A DNA stretch of 64,000 nucleotides from Monocercomonoides exilis PA203 (Eukaryota > Protista > Preaxostyla). The DNA is taken from positions 310,001 to 374,000 of the forward strand of contig LSRY02000056.1 in NCBI GenBank assembly GCA_001643675.2, in the 5' to 3' direction. Each line of letters opens with the position of its first letter. The stretch's first letter is position 1. The position numbers and the translations under genes were made by a program. Positions 44,983 through 60,100 of the stretch are shown piece by piece. A model generated the notes under the pieces. It made no database searches. It saw only the letters and a program-made list of their open reading frames with translations, and was not told the DNA's origin.

Positions 44983-47900
44983 TCACTGCTCAATCAAGCT
45001 GCTGAAATTGCTCTCTTCACAGTCCCCTGTCTCATCATCAATGTCCACTGCATCAGAAACAGTCATCACAACCGCACCTGCTGGAAACCGCTGAATGAAC
45101 TCTCGCTTCAGTATCACCAACGATGGACGCTCTGAAGGCGTTTGGAGCATGCAATTCTTCAAAACCCCTCCCAGTGTTGACTCCTCAGCCATCCCCATCC
45201 CTGGCCTCTCACCATTAACAATCTTCTTTCCTGCCACTTCTGCCTCGTACTCACCAAACGGAATCTGCAACGTCAAGCACTCTAAGAGCATTATCCCAAT
45301 GGAGAAGGAAACCGAGCTCTTCGTTGCTCCCATATTCTTATTCATCATCAGTTCTGGCGCCTTCCATCTCATGCACTCCTTCCTGTTGTCGTCATCGTCT
45401 TCAAACGCCGATGAGGGTGGAGGCGATCCTCTGCCGTTCCCATTCGTACACGAGCAATCAGAGGAGGATGTTACAATAGTGGAAGATGAAGAGATGGACG
45501 AAGAGTCGGAATCATCTGAGGAGCAGTCGGAGTGGAGCGCAATGCAGATGACCATGTGCTCCGAGAACAGCACAATGTGTGGGCTCAGATTAGCCAGCGA
45601 AGGCAATTCTTTTTCTTCATCAAACGAGTGGAGAGCTCCATTCGCCACCCAGAACAGGACCTGAGCAGCTGTCTGCTCTCTTTGTTGAAGACTCCCAATG
45701 GCCATCTCTTTCTTCTCATTTCTCCCGTGCAGCAGCATGAACAAAGAATCCCTCAGATCCACAATCAGCTTTTCATGAGGCGATGAACAGGCCATTGCAT
45801 CCACCAGATTCGACATGGACGAAGTGGTCGGACATGGACTCTCCACCCGAACAAATGTTGTGTCTGTATCAGTTGTTGAAGTGGATGAAATTGACGGAGA
45901 TGGTGATCCCTTTCTCACTTCTTCTTCTTCTTCTTTCTCATCAACCTTTTCCAAAGCCCATTCTGGGATCTTGTCTGAATCTCTTCCCAGAATGTATTCA
46001 GTCGAGTCACTTTCACTCAACAAATGCTCAGATGACTCCGAGTGTCCCAAACTTTTCTCATACACCCTCTTCTTCATCCTCTCTTCGTTCTTCTTCTCTG
46101 CCTCCCTCTCTGCTCTCCTCCACTGCTCTTCAGGCGACATCTCCATTGTCACCATCTCAATCAACTTTGGATCTTTTCTAACAGTATCATTCACAATAAC
46201 TTCCAATTCTTTTGTTCTTCTCTTTTGTTTTCTCCACCGAACAACAAACAAAATAAATCCTATGAAAACAATCAACAATATTACAACAAGAACAATCACA
46301 ATAATTTGCCAAAATGTTTTTACATCTTTTCCACTTTTGACATGATTATCATTTCCATCTATCTGAACTTTGCTCTTGTTCTTCAAGATAAACAAATCGG
46401 TTGACGCTGGATTTCTTGAATTTCCAAAAAGAATTGAAACAGAAACCTCAGCATCGTCTGCTGCATCATTGATGATCGTTTCTGATATCACTCCTTGCAC
46501 TTCATTCTCTGAAATGAAATCGTCATCCTCAAACTGAAACGAATCCTTAATCTCAACATCACCAACAGATGAACAAACACTGAACGAAAGATTGCAGGGA
46601 AGAAATAGCAATCCTTTGAACGTTAGTTGCATCTTCTCTCCATTTTTCTTTGTTTCTATCGCTTCAAGCTTTGGAATGAATAGCAGTGAGTCTCTCTCAT
46701 CTGCTATTCCTGTCGTTTTGCAGTCTTTATCCAATATCCACATCGATGAATTCCTTTCCAAACCATCCCCTCCCTTCAGACTCACAATGTTCAGCTCCGC
46801 AAAGCCCTCACATATCATGTTTCTTCTTGCAGATGGGTATTTATCGATCAACGGATTGTTTCCAACAAACTTCCCTTCTTTCATTTTCATCGATCCTCCA
46901 GAGATCGTCACACCTCCTTTCGAGGAGTTTGCAACTGTTGTGTCTTTCATCTCTGACGAGCAGTTGGAGAATTGCAGCACTGATCCGTTCCATTGGCACA
47001 CTTCTTCTCCTTTGTTTCCAGATTCACAATCATTTTTCTTTATTTCACTCGCACCAAACACAGACGAAACAATCCTGAGTTCTTTTGCTTCATAAACATC
47101 GATAATACTTCCTTGAACAGATGGTGATTCACAGCCAAAGAATGAGCAAAGTTCAATCACTGCTGACTTAACAGGCCTTCCAGATGAAAGGAAGCACGGG
47201 CCAGCTGATGTTCTGCTCACGTTCATAAATGAAGTTTGCTTCACCATAAGCTCAACATCCGTTGCAACAATATCGATTCCACACCCATTTGACAAAATCA
47301 CATTTGTTGCATGCATATCTCCGATTTCAACTCCAGACCACTCCTCGTCCACAGAAATCAACGATCCTTCGTCAACCTCAACGTCAGTCACCGTCCAGAA
47401 GCGTATTGATATTTGCGATTTACTTCCAGCTTCAGACGCTTTGAGAGAAATCATCCCTTTCTTGCATTCCACTTTTGCAACAGAAATCCTCTCAGCTTCA
47501 CACGAAGCACAACAACACATTTCTGCCAAACATTCATCAAAAATACAATTTGACACGTTCATGTCCTGCAATGCCACCTTTTCAACATCATTCAATCGTA
47601 TCAGCTGCATGGACTCGATGCTCGAACAACTCATATTCCGCAAATTGATCCCACTGCCCTTGTCTGAAACAAAGACAGACGAACAAATTACAAGAGACGA
47701 TATGCTGCAATCACTCATTACCAACTTTCCCTTGTTCACTTTCACCATCGAACACTTCATCGAAATTGCCTCCTCTCCTTCGAACTTCTCTTCTCCAGCA
47801 AACGAAATATCAACAACACTCAACACTCCATCTTTCAGGCAGATCAAACTCTGGTGCTCTGACGAAAACATCCTTCCAATCACAAATGCCAAATATTCGA

Positions 47901-50900
47901 TCTTCACCCTTGAATAACAGATCAGCAAACAGCTTTCAGCTCTTTCAACACTTTGGTTCACCAAAACAACACCCCTTTCCCCATCTGGTTCCATCGATTT
48001 TATCGTCACATCTGTTGCCGATCCTTCTCCCGTTATTTTGCACTCTTTGTCAACAAGAAGATTGCTGAACACAGATGGCACAATATGCGCCAACCCAATA
48101 TTCAGCGAAATGCAGGGCTCATCTGTCGTGCCACATTGCTGAGAGTCTGAGCTGTTTGCTGCCTCTGCTGCTACAAAAATCGTTTCGCTCTGCCAAGTCA
48201 TCACCCGAAGCAATAAATCTTCCTCGTCTTCATCGTTTTCCTTTGTGCAACCCCATATCGCCAGATCCTTTTCAAATGGAGCTCGGAAGTCGAGTTTGAA
48301 CTGCTTCTCCCCAATTTGTTGATCCAGATCCTGGCACTTAACATACACATCCCTCCCTCGATATCCCCTGTTTCCTTGAAGTGTGACGTTCTCAAACAAA
48401 AATGGAAGCAAGGCATCATCTGCTGATTCACAGTCCAGATACACCCCTCCTCCTCTCCCACTTTCTGAGCAGAAGCATTCTGTTATCTTCGAAAAACAAC
48501 ATGAAAATTCCACCCTTTCATTCATCCTAATCAGCATCGCTCCTCCTCTTTCACTGTCTGTATTTCCGCAGCCTTTCATACTCGTGTTTAACACTGATAC
48601 AATTGCCACAGCACTTCCCACACTCATCAAGACAGACGATGTTGTACCGCCATTCTGATGAACTTTATTAAAAATGCATTTTTCTATCATTAAACTTCCT
48701 GTCTCTTCTTCATTGTTGCCCACCTCTCTTGTCTGTGCCACAACTGCAAATGCACTCTTTCCAAGCAACTCAATATCTGCCATAGAAACATTGCTCAGAA
48801 CCATTTGGCTCCCTTCTGCAAAAGAAACAACCCACTCTCTGCATTTTTGAAGTTTCATAGAGCAATCTATCAGTTTGCATTTCCCCGACAGACACTCAAC
48901 AATCGAATAAACAAGCTCATCACTCGAACTCCTAACAAAAGAGCAATCGTTAATCTCAAAGCGTTCTCCACGTGTGCATATAAGCTTGGTCTGACTCCAT
49001 TCAGAACCAAACTCACAGCATATTTCCATGCCTCCAAATACGCTCACCTTCTCGTTCACAAAAACAGATTCCCCTTTCTCTGTCTTCCCCGCTTTGGCTT
49101 CAACCACTGCGCAAAACCTCATCAACGCGCATCGCTCCTCACCCAACGATCCCACAATTGCAATATCTGAAACGTCTGCCTCGCAGTTTATCATCACCTC
49201 GCCAATAATCTGAAATGTTCTCGTCTCACCATCTGGAACCTCCTGTTTGGATGGGAAATGCATTTTGCCATAATACAAGTTCATGCACGGCTCTTCTTCG
49301 CTGCCACACCGAAGAACATCCCAGCCACTGCTGCTGCTCACATAAATCGTTTCATTGCCATAAAAAATCAAAAATCGTCTCAAATCGAAGTCTGTTTTGG
49401 TTGTGTCATTCCCAACAAATAAATTCTTCTCCTTTTCTGTTTCTCGAACATCAAATACAAAACGATCTGCACAAACAGACTGATTCAAATCATTCGAAAA
49501 CATAAACATGTTTTTCCCTGCAAATGCGTCACAGCTCTCAAATTTCAAATCGGAAAATACAAATGAATCTGTTTTTCTGCAATCAACAAATATTCCTCCT
49601 CCTTTCCCTTTCTTCTCTTCTTCAACTCCTGCCATGCACCCACAAAACGCTGTTTGGTTCATAATCAGCTCACATCTTTCTTGCAAACGCACATACAGAG
49701 CCCCACCACAAGTGTCAGTGCCATTTGTGCTGCATTCAGTAAAATTACAATCAACAAAATACACTTCACATTGACCGTTCATTTCCTTCTCCCACACAAC
49801 ACTCACACATCCACCGTTCGCTTCACTTGTAACTGATGAAAAATTTGTTCCCTCAAATCTCACGACTTTTCCATCAACAACTTCCACTGCGCATCCTTCT
49901 GAAAATGTAAATCCTGTGATGTTCGTAGATTTGATTCCCAAAAACCCCCCTTCGATTTTCAGAAGTGATCGCATCGATGGATTTTGGCATTCAGAATCCT
50001 TTGCAATCGAACACTGCTCCAGCACAAGTGAACCATCTTTTCCAACAATTGCTGCCGAACGATTGCTCACACACACCACTGATGCTTTGCTCAGTTCAAG
50101 CGTGCCATTTCCAATATTGATCCATCCTTCTTTTGTCGACGAATATAGACATTTCAGTATCGTTGAACCATTTTCAGCGCAGCTGACTCTGATCTTCTTC
50201 CATTCTATGTCAAGCGCTTCTTCTTCAAACAACTCTCCGGCAACAATCACTGAATTATTCATATAATAGTTCCAACTTGTTATTCCATATTTCACAGTCT
50301 TGCATTCATTTCCTATCCCGCCACAAGCAACTTTATCACTTCCAGCATTTTTCACAAAAATTGTTTTCACGGCATTAGGCAACCATTGATTGTATGTGAT
50401 CCCAATATAACAATTCTCTGCATATTCATTACATAATACAACTCTATTCTTAAAAGTTGATAATGAAAAGCAGAATTGAAGGGAATTTTGTGCTGATGCT
50501 GCTGAGAAATATTTCCCAAAATACACATCCGCAGCATGATTTGCAAAGCTAACCGAGTTTCTCTGAAACAGGCAATATGCAAAACTGAATGATGCATAGT
50601 AGCCATTCATTCCAGCGTCAATTCCACCTGCACCTAATGGAGATGTTCCCCCAGCAATAGAACAATTGGATATCTTCATATTCTTTGTCACGTTCAGCAT
50701 CATTAAGGTTCCTGCATATTTCAAAGTGGCTTTGCTTCCTTCGAAATCTGAATCATAAACAGATCCACTTCCTCCCATGTACCAAGCAACTGTTCCTCCA
50801 TAAGCAGCAGAACAACTGTTAAACGAACATTTAATAATTGTACTAAATCCTGATGAAATATGTGCAAAAGCTCCTCCAATTGACAATTGACCTGTTCCAT

Positions 50901-52130
50901 AACATTTGTTGAAAGTTGAACTTTTCAGTTCACAGTCACTTCCGCTGCAGTAAATTGCCCCTCCATATCCATACTTTTGGGTATATGTATCATAGCATTC
51001 AACAAAACTGCAGCTTGTCACATTTAACTTTGAGCTTCCACTCACCTTTATTGCGCCTCCTTGAGATGCACTGCATTTTGAAAAGGTACAATCAACAAAT
51101 GTGATATTGTCATTGGAAAATGATTTTCCACTAACCGAATAATTTTGGTTCGTAAAAATTTCACGTGATTTGATAAAAGATGAATTTCGAAATAAAAACG
51201 ATTTTTCAGGCAATCCTCCAACAATTACTCCATAAAATGGCTGCTCGCAATCTGTAAATTCACAACCTTCAAGAAAATTAGAATTTGGTTCAAGTTCAAC
51301 AAGGCGGGGCTTCTTTCGAATTGCGACAGAAGACATGTTACAGAAGAAGCAGTCTTCAATTATGATTTCCGAAAAATATGCACCGCCAACAAAAGGAGCT
51401 GATGATCCCACGAAAAACGATTCAAAAGAGCTGAAACCAATGGAAATCGACCCACCGGGTAATAAAGAAGAGGGAATTGGGCAGACCAGAGATTCAACAA
51501 AATGCTTTGGATCATCAATCCCCAGCGTTAAATTGCACACTCCCAAAGAGCCTCCGGTACACGCAAATGGAGAATTATTCTCGCACGACGAAAGTATCAC
51601 CTGGCAGTCCTTCATCTCCAGCAATGAGCCTATTACAGTCAAATGCGGAATGCAATTCAAAGATGCAGCAGATTTTGGTGGCCCATGAACCTGTACAAGA
51701 ACCACAGAAAGCGAAGAATTCTTTGCGACAACTTGTGAATCAATTCTGCTCATGAACTGTGACTCAATTTTTTTCTGCGAATATTGCGATCTCGAATAGC
51801 ATATGCACCAAAAATGTTCAATGGATCATGGAAAATAAGAAATAAAACGTCACACCTGTTAAGTTTCTTTCCAAAAAATACATTTTCATAATTTTTAGTA
51901 TTTTTTGTGTCTTTGTACAAAAAATAATCATCGAAATTCTGCTTCAAATGACGCAAACAACTTTTTTTGCTTGCCATCATATCAGTCATTACAATGGCGT
52001 CATTATCATCATATTGCCAAATACTTTTATCAATGAAAGAATTAATGATATCTTCAGTAAATGGCTCCTTTTCCAATTTACCAACGATTCTCCGAAAACC
52101 TGCAACCAGAACAAGCAATGATAAAAACAT
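44983..52130 (-). CDS. Second receptor-like beta-helix/TM/pseudokinase paralogue; probable 5' exon 52130-~51850 joined by a short intron to ORF 51753-44983
   Basis: 2256-aa ORF with GGAI/GGAL motifs, three CG-x4-(P/E)C modules, TM FWQIIVIVLVVILLIVFIGFILFVV, and MRWKAPELM, SFSIGIMLLECLTLQIPF. Cytoplasmic part nearly identical to the 11.7-19.6 kb gene. Upstream ORF MFLSLLVLVAG.. (52130) can be joined in frame by a GT..AG intron around 51855-51775. Confidence 0.87.
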
Positions 52131-52360
52131 AAAAACTATAAATTGCGCTGGAATTAATCAACAAATGCTTTTTTAATTAATTGTGATCGAATTATAATTA
52201 ATTAATTAATCTTCTGATCGCAATAACACTTTTTAGTCTGTTTTTATTTGTTATACACATTTCATATGTATTTTTTACCTTTTTGAAAACGAAAAACTTT
52301 TTCTCAATCCCAATTTAAATTCTTTTATTATTTAATATTTAATTTAATTTTTAACATTTA

Positions 52361-55300
52361 ATGAACTCAAAAAATGTTAATGTTCTTCAAGAATTGAACA
52401 GACTAATAGAATCAAAAGACAATGAAATTTTCGAATTGAAGAAGCAATATGCTTCTTTAAGAGAAGATTTTCAATTTAATCTTGCGTTGATAGACCAAAG
52501 AGATAAAGATTTGGAAGACTGCGATACAATGATAGAATTTCTCAAAAAGAATTCTTTGGAGAAAGAAAGTGAAGCGCTTCAGCTTCGATCACTTCTTGAA
52601 GAACGAGAGCAGAAACTTCAACATCTTTCAGATGATTTTTCGTCAAGTCAAAAGGCCTCAAAAGAGCAGATTTCTCACCTCAAGGATGAATTGTATGCTT
52701 CAAATGAATATCGTGAATCTTCTTTACGTATTGCGCAAGAGAATTTTGATAGCGAGAGAAAAAGCTTATCTCGCCAAGTTTCTCAACTTGAGCAACAGCT
52801 TGAAGATATGAGATCTCAATATATTACCGGAACTGAAGAATCGATGCGTCAACTTAGAAGCGAATACGAAGGAAAAATTGTGATGCTCGAAGATGATCTG
52901 AAAAAATCAAAAAGTCAAATTAGAACTTTCGAACAAAAGCTAACTTTAGCGGCGCAAGAAAACGAAAAACTTTTATCAGAAGTTATGCGATTAAAAGAAG
53001 CATCAACAAATATGGAAAGGGATTTTCGAAGAGTTAAATGGGAAAGCGAGGACTCAACAAGTGTTTTGGCAGGTAAACTGAATGATTTCGAGAAAGAGAT
53101 AAATGAACTTCAAGCTTCATTAGAGCAAGCAAATAAAGATAAACTGATGTGGGAGGAACGGCACCGAGATTTAAGTTCCAAAGAGCTGCCTGAACTAGAA
53201 GCAAGAATTCATGAAGAAGAGAAAAAGAGAGAAGTGGCAGAGCGAGAAGCAAGGCAGATGGAGAGCGAGAAGGCTGCGCTATTAAAGCAAATTGAGGAAA
53301 AAACACGAGAGATAGAACGAAAAGGAGAGAAACATTATCACGCACAGATTGCACTTGATCAGGAAGGGAAGGCGCTCGCAGAGCTGAAGGCTCATTTGTT
53401 AGAGATGGATGCAGAATGCAAAGTGCGAGACGATCTGATCAATCAGATGAGGGCAGAGCTGGAGCTTGCTGCAAAAAGAGTTGAAAAGGAAAAAGAGAGA
53501 TATGCAAATATGAAGGAAAAAGTTAAAGTGATGAAAGATGTTCCACGAGCAGTTCAGATTCTGGTGGACGAACATCAATTCGCAACACGAGAGATGCTCA
53601 GAGTTTGCAAAATTAAGTCTTTTTTTATTATTATTTCATCATTTGTTTTCATCATATTGACGATTATGCAAACAATTAAATCTGTCATATTTTTGCTTTT
53701 TTGCATTGCCAAATTTATCAGGAGCTGCGGCAGATTCGAGTGGAGAATGTTACAACGATACAAGAAGAGGCTGTTCGTCAAAAGGAGGTCGAAGTTCATC
53801 TTTCTCAATTGAGAGAAGAAAATCAAATGCTTCAGTCTCAAATAGAGGAAAATGAGGCGAAATTTAACGAAGAAGTGATGAAAATGACAGAGAAAGTGAT
53901 GGATGCAGCAGACAAACTGGAGGCGATCAGAAACGAACGGGACGAAGCGTTGAAGGAGCTTCGACGAAGAGATGGAATAGAAGCAGAAAGAAGAAAGAGA
54001 AGAAAATACAGATACGAGCAAGAAGACAGTGATGCTGATGATGACGATGACGAAGAAGCAGATGATACAAAGAATGATTTCAGAGCTGCAGAGCGAAGGT
54101 TGCCTGCGAAAAAGAGCACAGAAAAAGATGCGAAGGATGGCGATGCAGAGAATACTTTATCAATCACATGGGGAGAGGGAACAGGACTAAGTGAATTGGA
54201 GTCGCTGATTGAGAAAGGCAAAAAAGATGAAGAAAGAGAAAGGATGGCTGAGAAAAAAAGGAAAGAAAACAGGAAGAAAGAGGCAGAGATTCGCTCTCTG
54301 AATGAAGAAATAGCATCTCTCAAAAAGAAAAACGAAGAGCTACAAAAAGAAATACAGTCACTTAAAGAATCAGCTGACGCCACAAAGTTTGCATTTATTT
54401 CAAAAAGATTGTTTTCTTCAGAAAAAACTTTTGATGAATTATTTATTTATTTTATATCTCCATTGGAAATTTTCTTAAATATCCATATTTTTAATGAAAA
54501 TTTAGGAAAGATTTTCAGAAAGTAAAGGCATATGCAAAAGAGAAACGAGACGAAGCGAAGCGCGAAAAGGAAGAAAAAGAACGGGCAGTGATGGAGAGGC
54601 AATCCAGAGAACAGGAAATTGAAAGGAAAAGCAAGCAAGAACTGAAACAAGGTATATTTTCCGGTTTTGAAAGACTATTCATAATTCAAATAAAAATTAC
54701 ATAATCTCCAAATATTTTATATATTTCTTTCCTTCCTTTTTTTATAATTTTTTTTGAAAAGTTCTGTCTTCTCTTCAGCAGCAGCAGCAAGAAGTGGCTC
54801 ATCTGCAGCATGAACGCGACACCCTCATCAGCATCAATTCCACACTGCGCGCTGTTCTGGCAAAAGCTCCAGGCGACATCCAGTCAGTTGCAATGAAGCT
54901 CATCAAGAATGCTGAAGAGGTGTGAAAACACAAACACGATTAACCAAAGGTACTTGCACAAGAATTCTGTTTTATTTGTTTGAAAAAGATTTCATTTTTT
55001 GCACAAAAATTTCTTAAAACATTTTTTTTATTGTTACAAACTTCAACTTTCCTCTTTTATGACTAATGTTTCAGTCACGTTCTCTTTCTATGACTTCATC
55101 AATCAGTGACAATTTGGAGCATTCTAACAAAAACCAAAGGGCGCAATCAAATGATGATAATATTGATGACGAAGAACCAGAACTTGATTCAAATTTTGGC
55201 GAGGATCCTTCAGATTCGCCTGTTGATCTCTTTCCTGAGGAAATAAAAACAAAGCAATTCGGCCAGCAAAATTCACTCTTATCACCTCGATTCGAAAACT

Positions 55301-56744
55301 CCTTTCCTTTATCGCACACGGCTCCATCAAAAGCATTTGAAGTCAGCCATGACTCTTCTTCTCTGAATGATCTGATCTCAACGTTTCCGAGCACTCCTTC
55401 GCGTCTGCCTCCTCTTTCATTTTCTTTGTCTCCGCAGACTAACACTCACTCCATTCCTGATGTTATCCACACGCCAATTCAATCACTGTCTAACTCTGGA
55501 TCTTCTTTTCTGCGGTTTTATCCTGTGAATCAAACACTTCACGTTCCATTGATTCTGCCATCAACTCAAGAATTACCTTCTTCTATGCCTTCTAACATAT
55601 CCAAAGATCAAAAAAGCAATGAGAATGAATGGAAAACAAAAACCCACAAAAACTTTAATGAAGATGAATTGGCATCAATTGAGAAACTTTTAGATGAATC
55701 TTCATCAACAACATCATCAGACGCTGACGTGTCTTCACTTCTTGACTCCACTTCATCATCTTCTTCGTCTTCGTCATCCTTGTCCATTTCATCCTTATCT
55801 TCCACATCATCATCCACTTCTCCTTCTTCTTCTTCTTCTGATGCGTTTGATAATTCTGAATCTGGTTCTTCAGATGCGCTCACTCCTCGTTCACCAAGAG
55901 AAGATGATGATATTCTTCAAACTGAAAAAGAAAAAACATCTTCATTAAAGCACAATGCAAAACATGGTTATCACAATAACAGCAAATCACCAAAAAGCGA
56001 TCATCATAGGAGCAAATCAAAAGAAAGAAAATCATACAATGATACACAGTCTTCACGTCCAAGCAATGAAATTGAATATCGCCACGTTAGAAAGAACATG
56101 AAGTGTGCTCATAGATCTCTTTCAAATTCATCTCGAAATTCACATCGCAGTCATTCACGAGATGGTAATTTGCGCAGAAGTGAATCGCCGTTTTACGACG
56201 ATGACAAACAGAATGAATTGCCAGATCTTCGCCAGTTCACTCCACGGCTTCAGTCACACTCGCCTCATGAGATACCAACGCCTCTGCCATCAACAACACC
56301 AGCAACTGTTCATTCATTGCACTCAAGCCGTGATTTGGCAAATAAAACAGCAGATGTCTTTTCTCCTCAGCGCCGTCACGTTTCTCCGCCTTCTGTCCCA
56401 TCTATTCTCAAACATGTGGATGAGAAAGGGTTGCCTTCTGTGCCAGAAATTGTGGGCATGAAGATTGAAATGAAGCCAAGAGAGAGAAAAAGCAGCATTA
56501 TTCCAAAAAATAAAGCGGAAAATAAAAAAGGAAAGAAAAAGAAAAGCAATAAAGCAACAGTTATTCAACAACAATCTCCAAAGCAAGAAGTTCAAGAAAG
56601 AATTTCGGTATGTAAAATCATCTTTACCTTGTTTAATGTTTCATGCAAAATTTTTTAAAACTTTTCAACAATAATTTATTATATGATAAACAGTTCCTAG
56701 AAACGAGACTTAATGAGATAATGTCACAGAAAGAGCATGGTTGA
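52361..56744 (+). CDS. CCDC57: Long coiled-coil protein, CCDC57-like, with Ser-rich C-terminal half; exons approx. 52361-53602, 53722-54386, 54506-54651, 54762-54919, 55075-56607, 56694-56744 (last exon uncertain)
   Basis: N-terminal LREDFQFNLALIDQRDKDLEDCD and later LQHERDTLISINSTLRAVL resemble conserved CCDC57 blocks (EDFxYNLxxLxERDxEL; ERxxLxxxSNxLRAEL). Five GT..AG introns keep frame. Confidence 0.7.
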
Positions 56745-57116
56745 TGATTCTGCAAAGGAGTTGAAATTTGAAATTCCTTTATCGCAATTTATCAACTCTA
56801 AAATACATTTTTGTTGCATAAAAAAAAGAAATTAGGACAACAGATAAATTTCTTTTTAGAGCCTTTATCTGTTAGATAGCGCTGCATTCACGCTACAAGA
56901 TTGAAAATCTTCATAGGAAAACTTATTCTTCAAAGAAATTGAAGCATTTATATTCCTTTCATGTTTTGTGGATATTCCATAAGATAAACGAAAAACAAGT
57001 GTTACATAGAGAGATTTTTTGTTTTTCACACTGAAATGGATAATAATAATATAGAAATGTATTGTAAGAACAAACATAAAACCTAAAACAGAACATTCAA
57101 ATGAAAAAAGAAGGTT

Positions 57117-60100
57117 TTAATTATTTGCTGGATTTGAATCCCAAAATGCATTGTAAGCATCAAATTTAGAGCGAGGTCTTATATTTGCATCAATGTTCTT
57201 ATTCTTTTTAAAAGAAATTTCTTTTTGATGCAAATGATCATTTGACAGGTCGTGTGTTTCTTCTTCAGGAGGCATAAGCTGTTTGTTATTCATTTGCTCG
57301 TTTTCTTGTTCTTCTTCTTTATTGTTGTTCCATTCATTGGTCAGAGGAAGACATAAACCCATGAGATTTGGAGCCTCTGGAATATTGCTCATTGGATCAG
57401 TAAATGAAGATGGTGAATTGCTCATTGAAGACAATGGAAAAGAATTGCCATTCACATTTTGTCTGCTCTTTTCGTTGTTTTGTTTTATTTCACTATCTTT
57501 CGCTGGAGTGCTCAATTGATCTGGAAAAAGATCTTTCGAACTTGAATAAAGAATAGCTCGTATTGATGGATCCTGCTCATTTCTCTCTTCTTTACTCTGT
57601 TTCATTTGCTCTGCTTTATTCCCATCTTTTCTCTGCCCGCTCGTCAAGCAATCACAATCAAGATTCTTCTCATAATCTGTTAAATCAACCTTCAAATTGT
57701 TCAAATGAAGCGGAGCTATCTGCTGCTTCTTCTCAAGTGAAGCCATGTGTGCATTTGACGAGTGCCTCACAGAAACGCCTAAGATAAACCCTCCAACACC
57801 AAACAGAATAACAAGAAACAGCGCAAGCAAAGGAAGTGTAATGCAAAGAATTCCAGGCCCTGCTTGCTTGGAGTGAGCCTGCAGCATTGCAGATGCTGGG
57901 AAAAACATTGGAGATGACATAGAATAGGAACGAGAAGATGTCAATGAAGTGTCAGCGGATTCAGAAGAGTGAGAAGAAGGAGAAAGAGAAAGAGAAGGAG
58001 ATTTGTGTGGATGTGAGGTGGGTGAAGACGATGATTGGACAGAAGGAGAGGGTGATGAAGGAGATGAAGAACGTGAATGCTTTGATGGTGATTTTGGTGA
58101 ATTATTTTGCTGTGTAACACGTTCTTCTGCGCTTTTCTGCTCAGCTTCTTCATTTTCCTCTTCTTCAATGTGTTTGACAATAACTGTTGCTTCAAGCGAG
58201 TCTTCATCTTCATCTTCATTATCCGGCTGATCTTCTCTTTTTGCTTCGTCCAAATCAATATGAACTTCTTCGGCCACTTGTTCGTTTTCTATGGCATCTT
58301 CGTCTTTCATCAAGCTTTCACTGCTATCAGCAGTCTGTTCCTTCACGCTCTCGTCTTTTTCTTTGTCAATATTCATTTCATTACCCTTTTCCTTTTCCTT
58401 TTCCTCTTCACTCGCAAACCCATTTTCATTACATTCTTCTTCAGAAGAGGACTGAATAACATCAAAAGCATTATCTTTTTCATCTTCAACAGCATCTGAT
58501 TCTTTTCCATCCATATTTTTAACCCCTTCTTCATTTTCCTTGGCATCATTATTTTTCCCTTCGACTTCGTTACCTTCCTCAATTTCATTGCTTTTATTCA
58601 AATGAATTTCTTCTTCCTCAATTACACATTTGTTATCATGTTCTTGTTGCTCTTCTTTTGCATTTTCTTCTTCTTCTTCTTCTTCCCTAATTTCTTCCAT
58701 TGAACTTCTTTCCATCTTTTCTAACTGTTCACAAGAATTATAATTCCCCTTCTCTTCTTCTTTTTCTTCCTCTTCTTCTCTTCCTTCTTTTCTCTTCTTC
58801 TCTTCCTCTCCATCTTCTCTGTCAATCACAGGCGACAATCCAAACAATTCCATACTTCTGTTGCTCTCCTCTTTCTTCTCATTCTCTTCGTGTTTCCAGT
58901 CAAATGCTCTGAAATGACTTCTTTCCCACGTCAGCGCTTCCCTCAGCTGCTTCTGCATCTTCTCTTTCACTTCCATCAGCCTCTGCTGCTCTTCTTCCTT
59001 TTTCCTATTGTTGTCTCTGATCGCCTTCAGCTTCGTTGCCATCGTCTGACTCAATCCAGCATCCATTCCGTCTTCTTCGCCTGTTTCTGTACCAGAAACA
59101 TTGTTAATGGGATTCGTATGATCTGCATTATCAGCGTTATCATTATAATTGATATTGTTGCTGTCATTATCAATTGCAGAGCCATTGGATTCCTGTTCAT
59201 TTTCAGGTATATCTTTCAATTGCCTGCTGTTAACAGCTGAAAACGCAGTGTTTGAAGTGCTTGGCATTGCGGCCGATGGCTTGTGATGAGAGTGCAGCTG
59301 CAGAAGAGGCGCAGTGCTGGCGGGAAAAGGTGTGTCGCCGAATCCTCCACCGCCTCCACACTCCATTCGATGCTTCAGCCACATCGAGTGAATGGAGAGA
59401 GGCGACTGCGGAGAGAACGATGAGGCAGCCAAGCTGATGTTGCTGGCTCCAACACAATGAGATGCAGCAGGAGAAGACATAACAACGGGAGATGGCTGCA
59501 GTGATGTGGGTGCTTGTGACACGAGTGGTGTCTGTGAGTGCTTTCTGAACGAGGCTGAAAGCGCCATGGGAGACTGAGACACAGGCAGCGAGGCAGACGA
59601 CTGAAGCGGAGACAAGCCAGACAGAGCAAATGAGGTGTAGAACAAAGAAGGCGTGAGAGCAATCTGCTGCGGAGACTGCATAGGAGATGAGGCGTAGAGA
59701 GAAGACTGGCAAGAGGCGAGTGTGGAGGAGAGAGGGAACGAAACAGAGGAGAGCATCGATGCTGTGGTGGGCGGAATGGAGAGGAGCATGTTTGAGGCAG
59801 CGGGAGTGTTCCAGCGAGACGGCTGTGTTTTGAACTGTGTGAGAAGAGGGAGCGTGCCAATCGGAGAAGTCGCTGGGACAGGGCGGAGAGAGGAAGCTGC
59901 ACAGGCAGAAGGAGAAGATGAAGGAGAAGAAAGAGAAGAGGAGGAAGATGATGAGAAAGCATTTGATGAAGATGGCTGAAGAGGAGGAACAGCAAGCGGA
60001 ACGACTGTGAAGTGGTTTGGGTTTTTGAGAGGAGACTGACGTTGCGAGCGAATGGAAAAGCGGCTTCTGTTTGTTGAGAGAAGCGTCTTTTGAGAGGAAT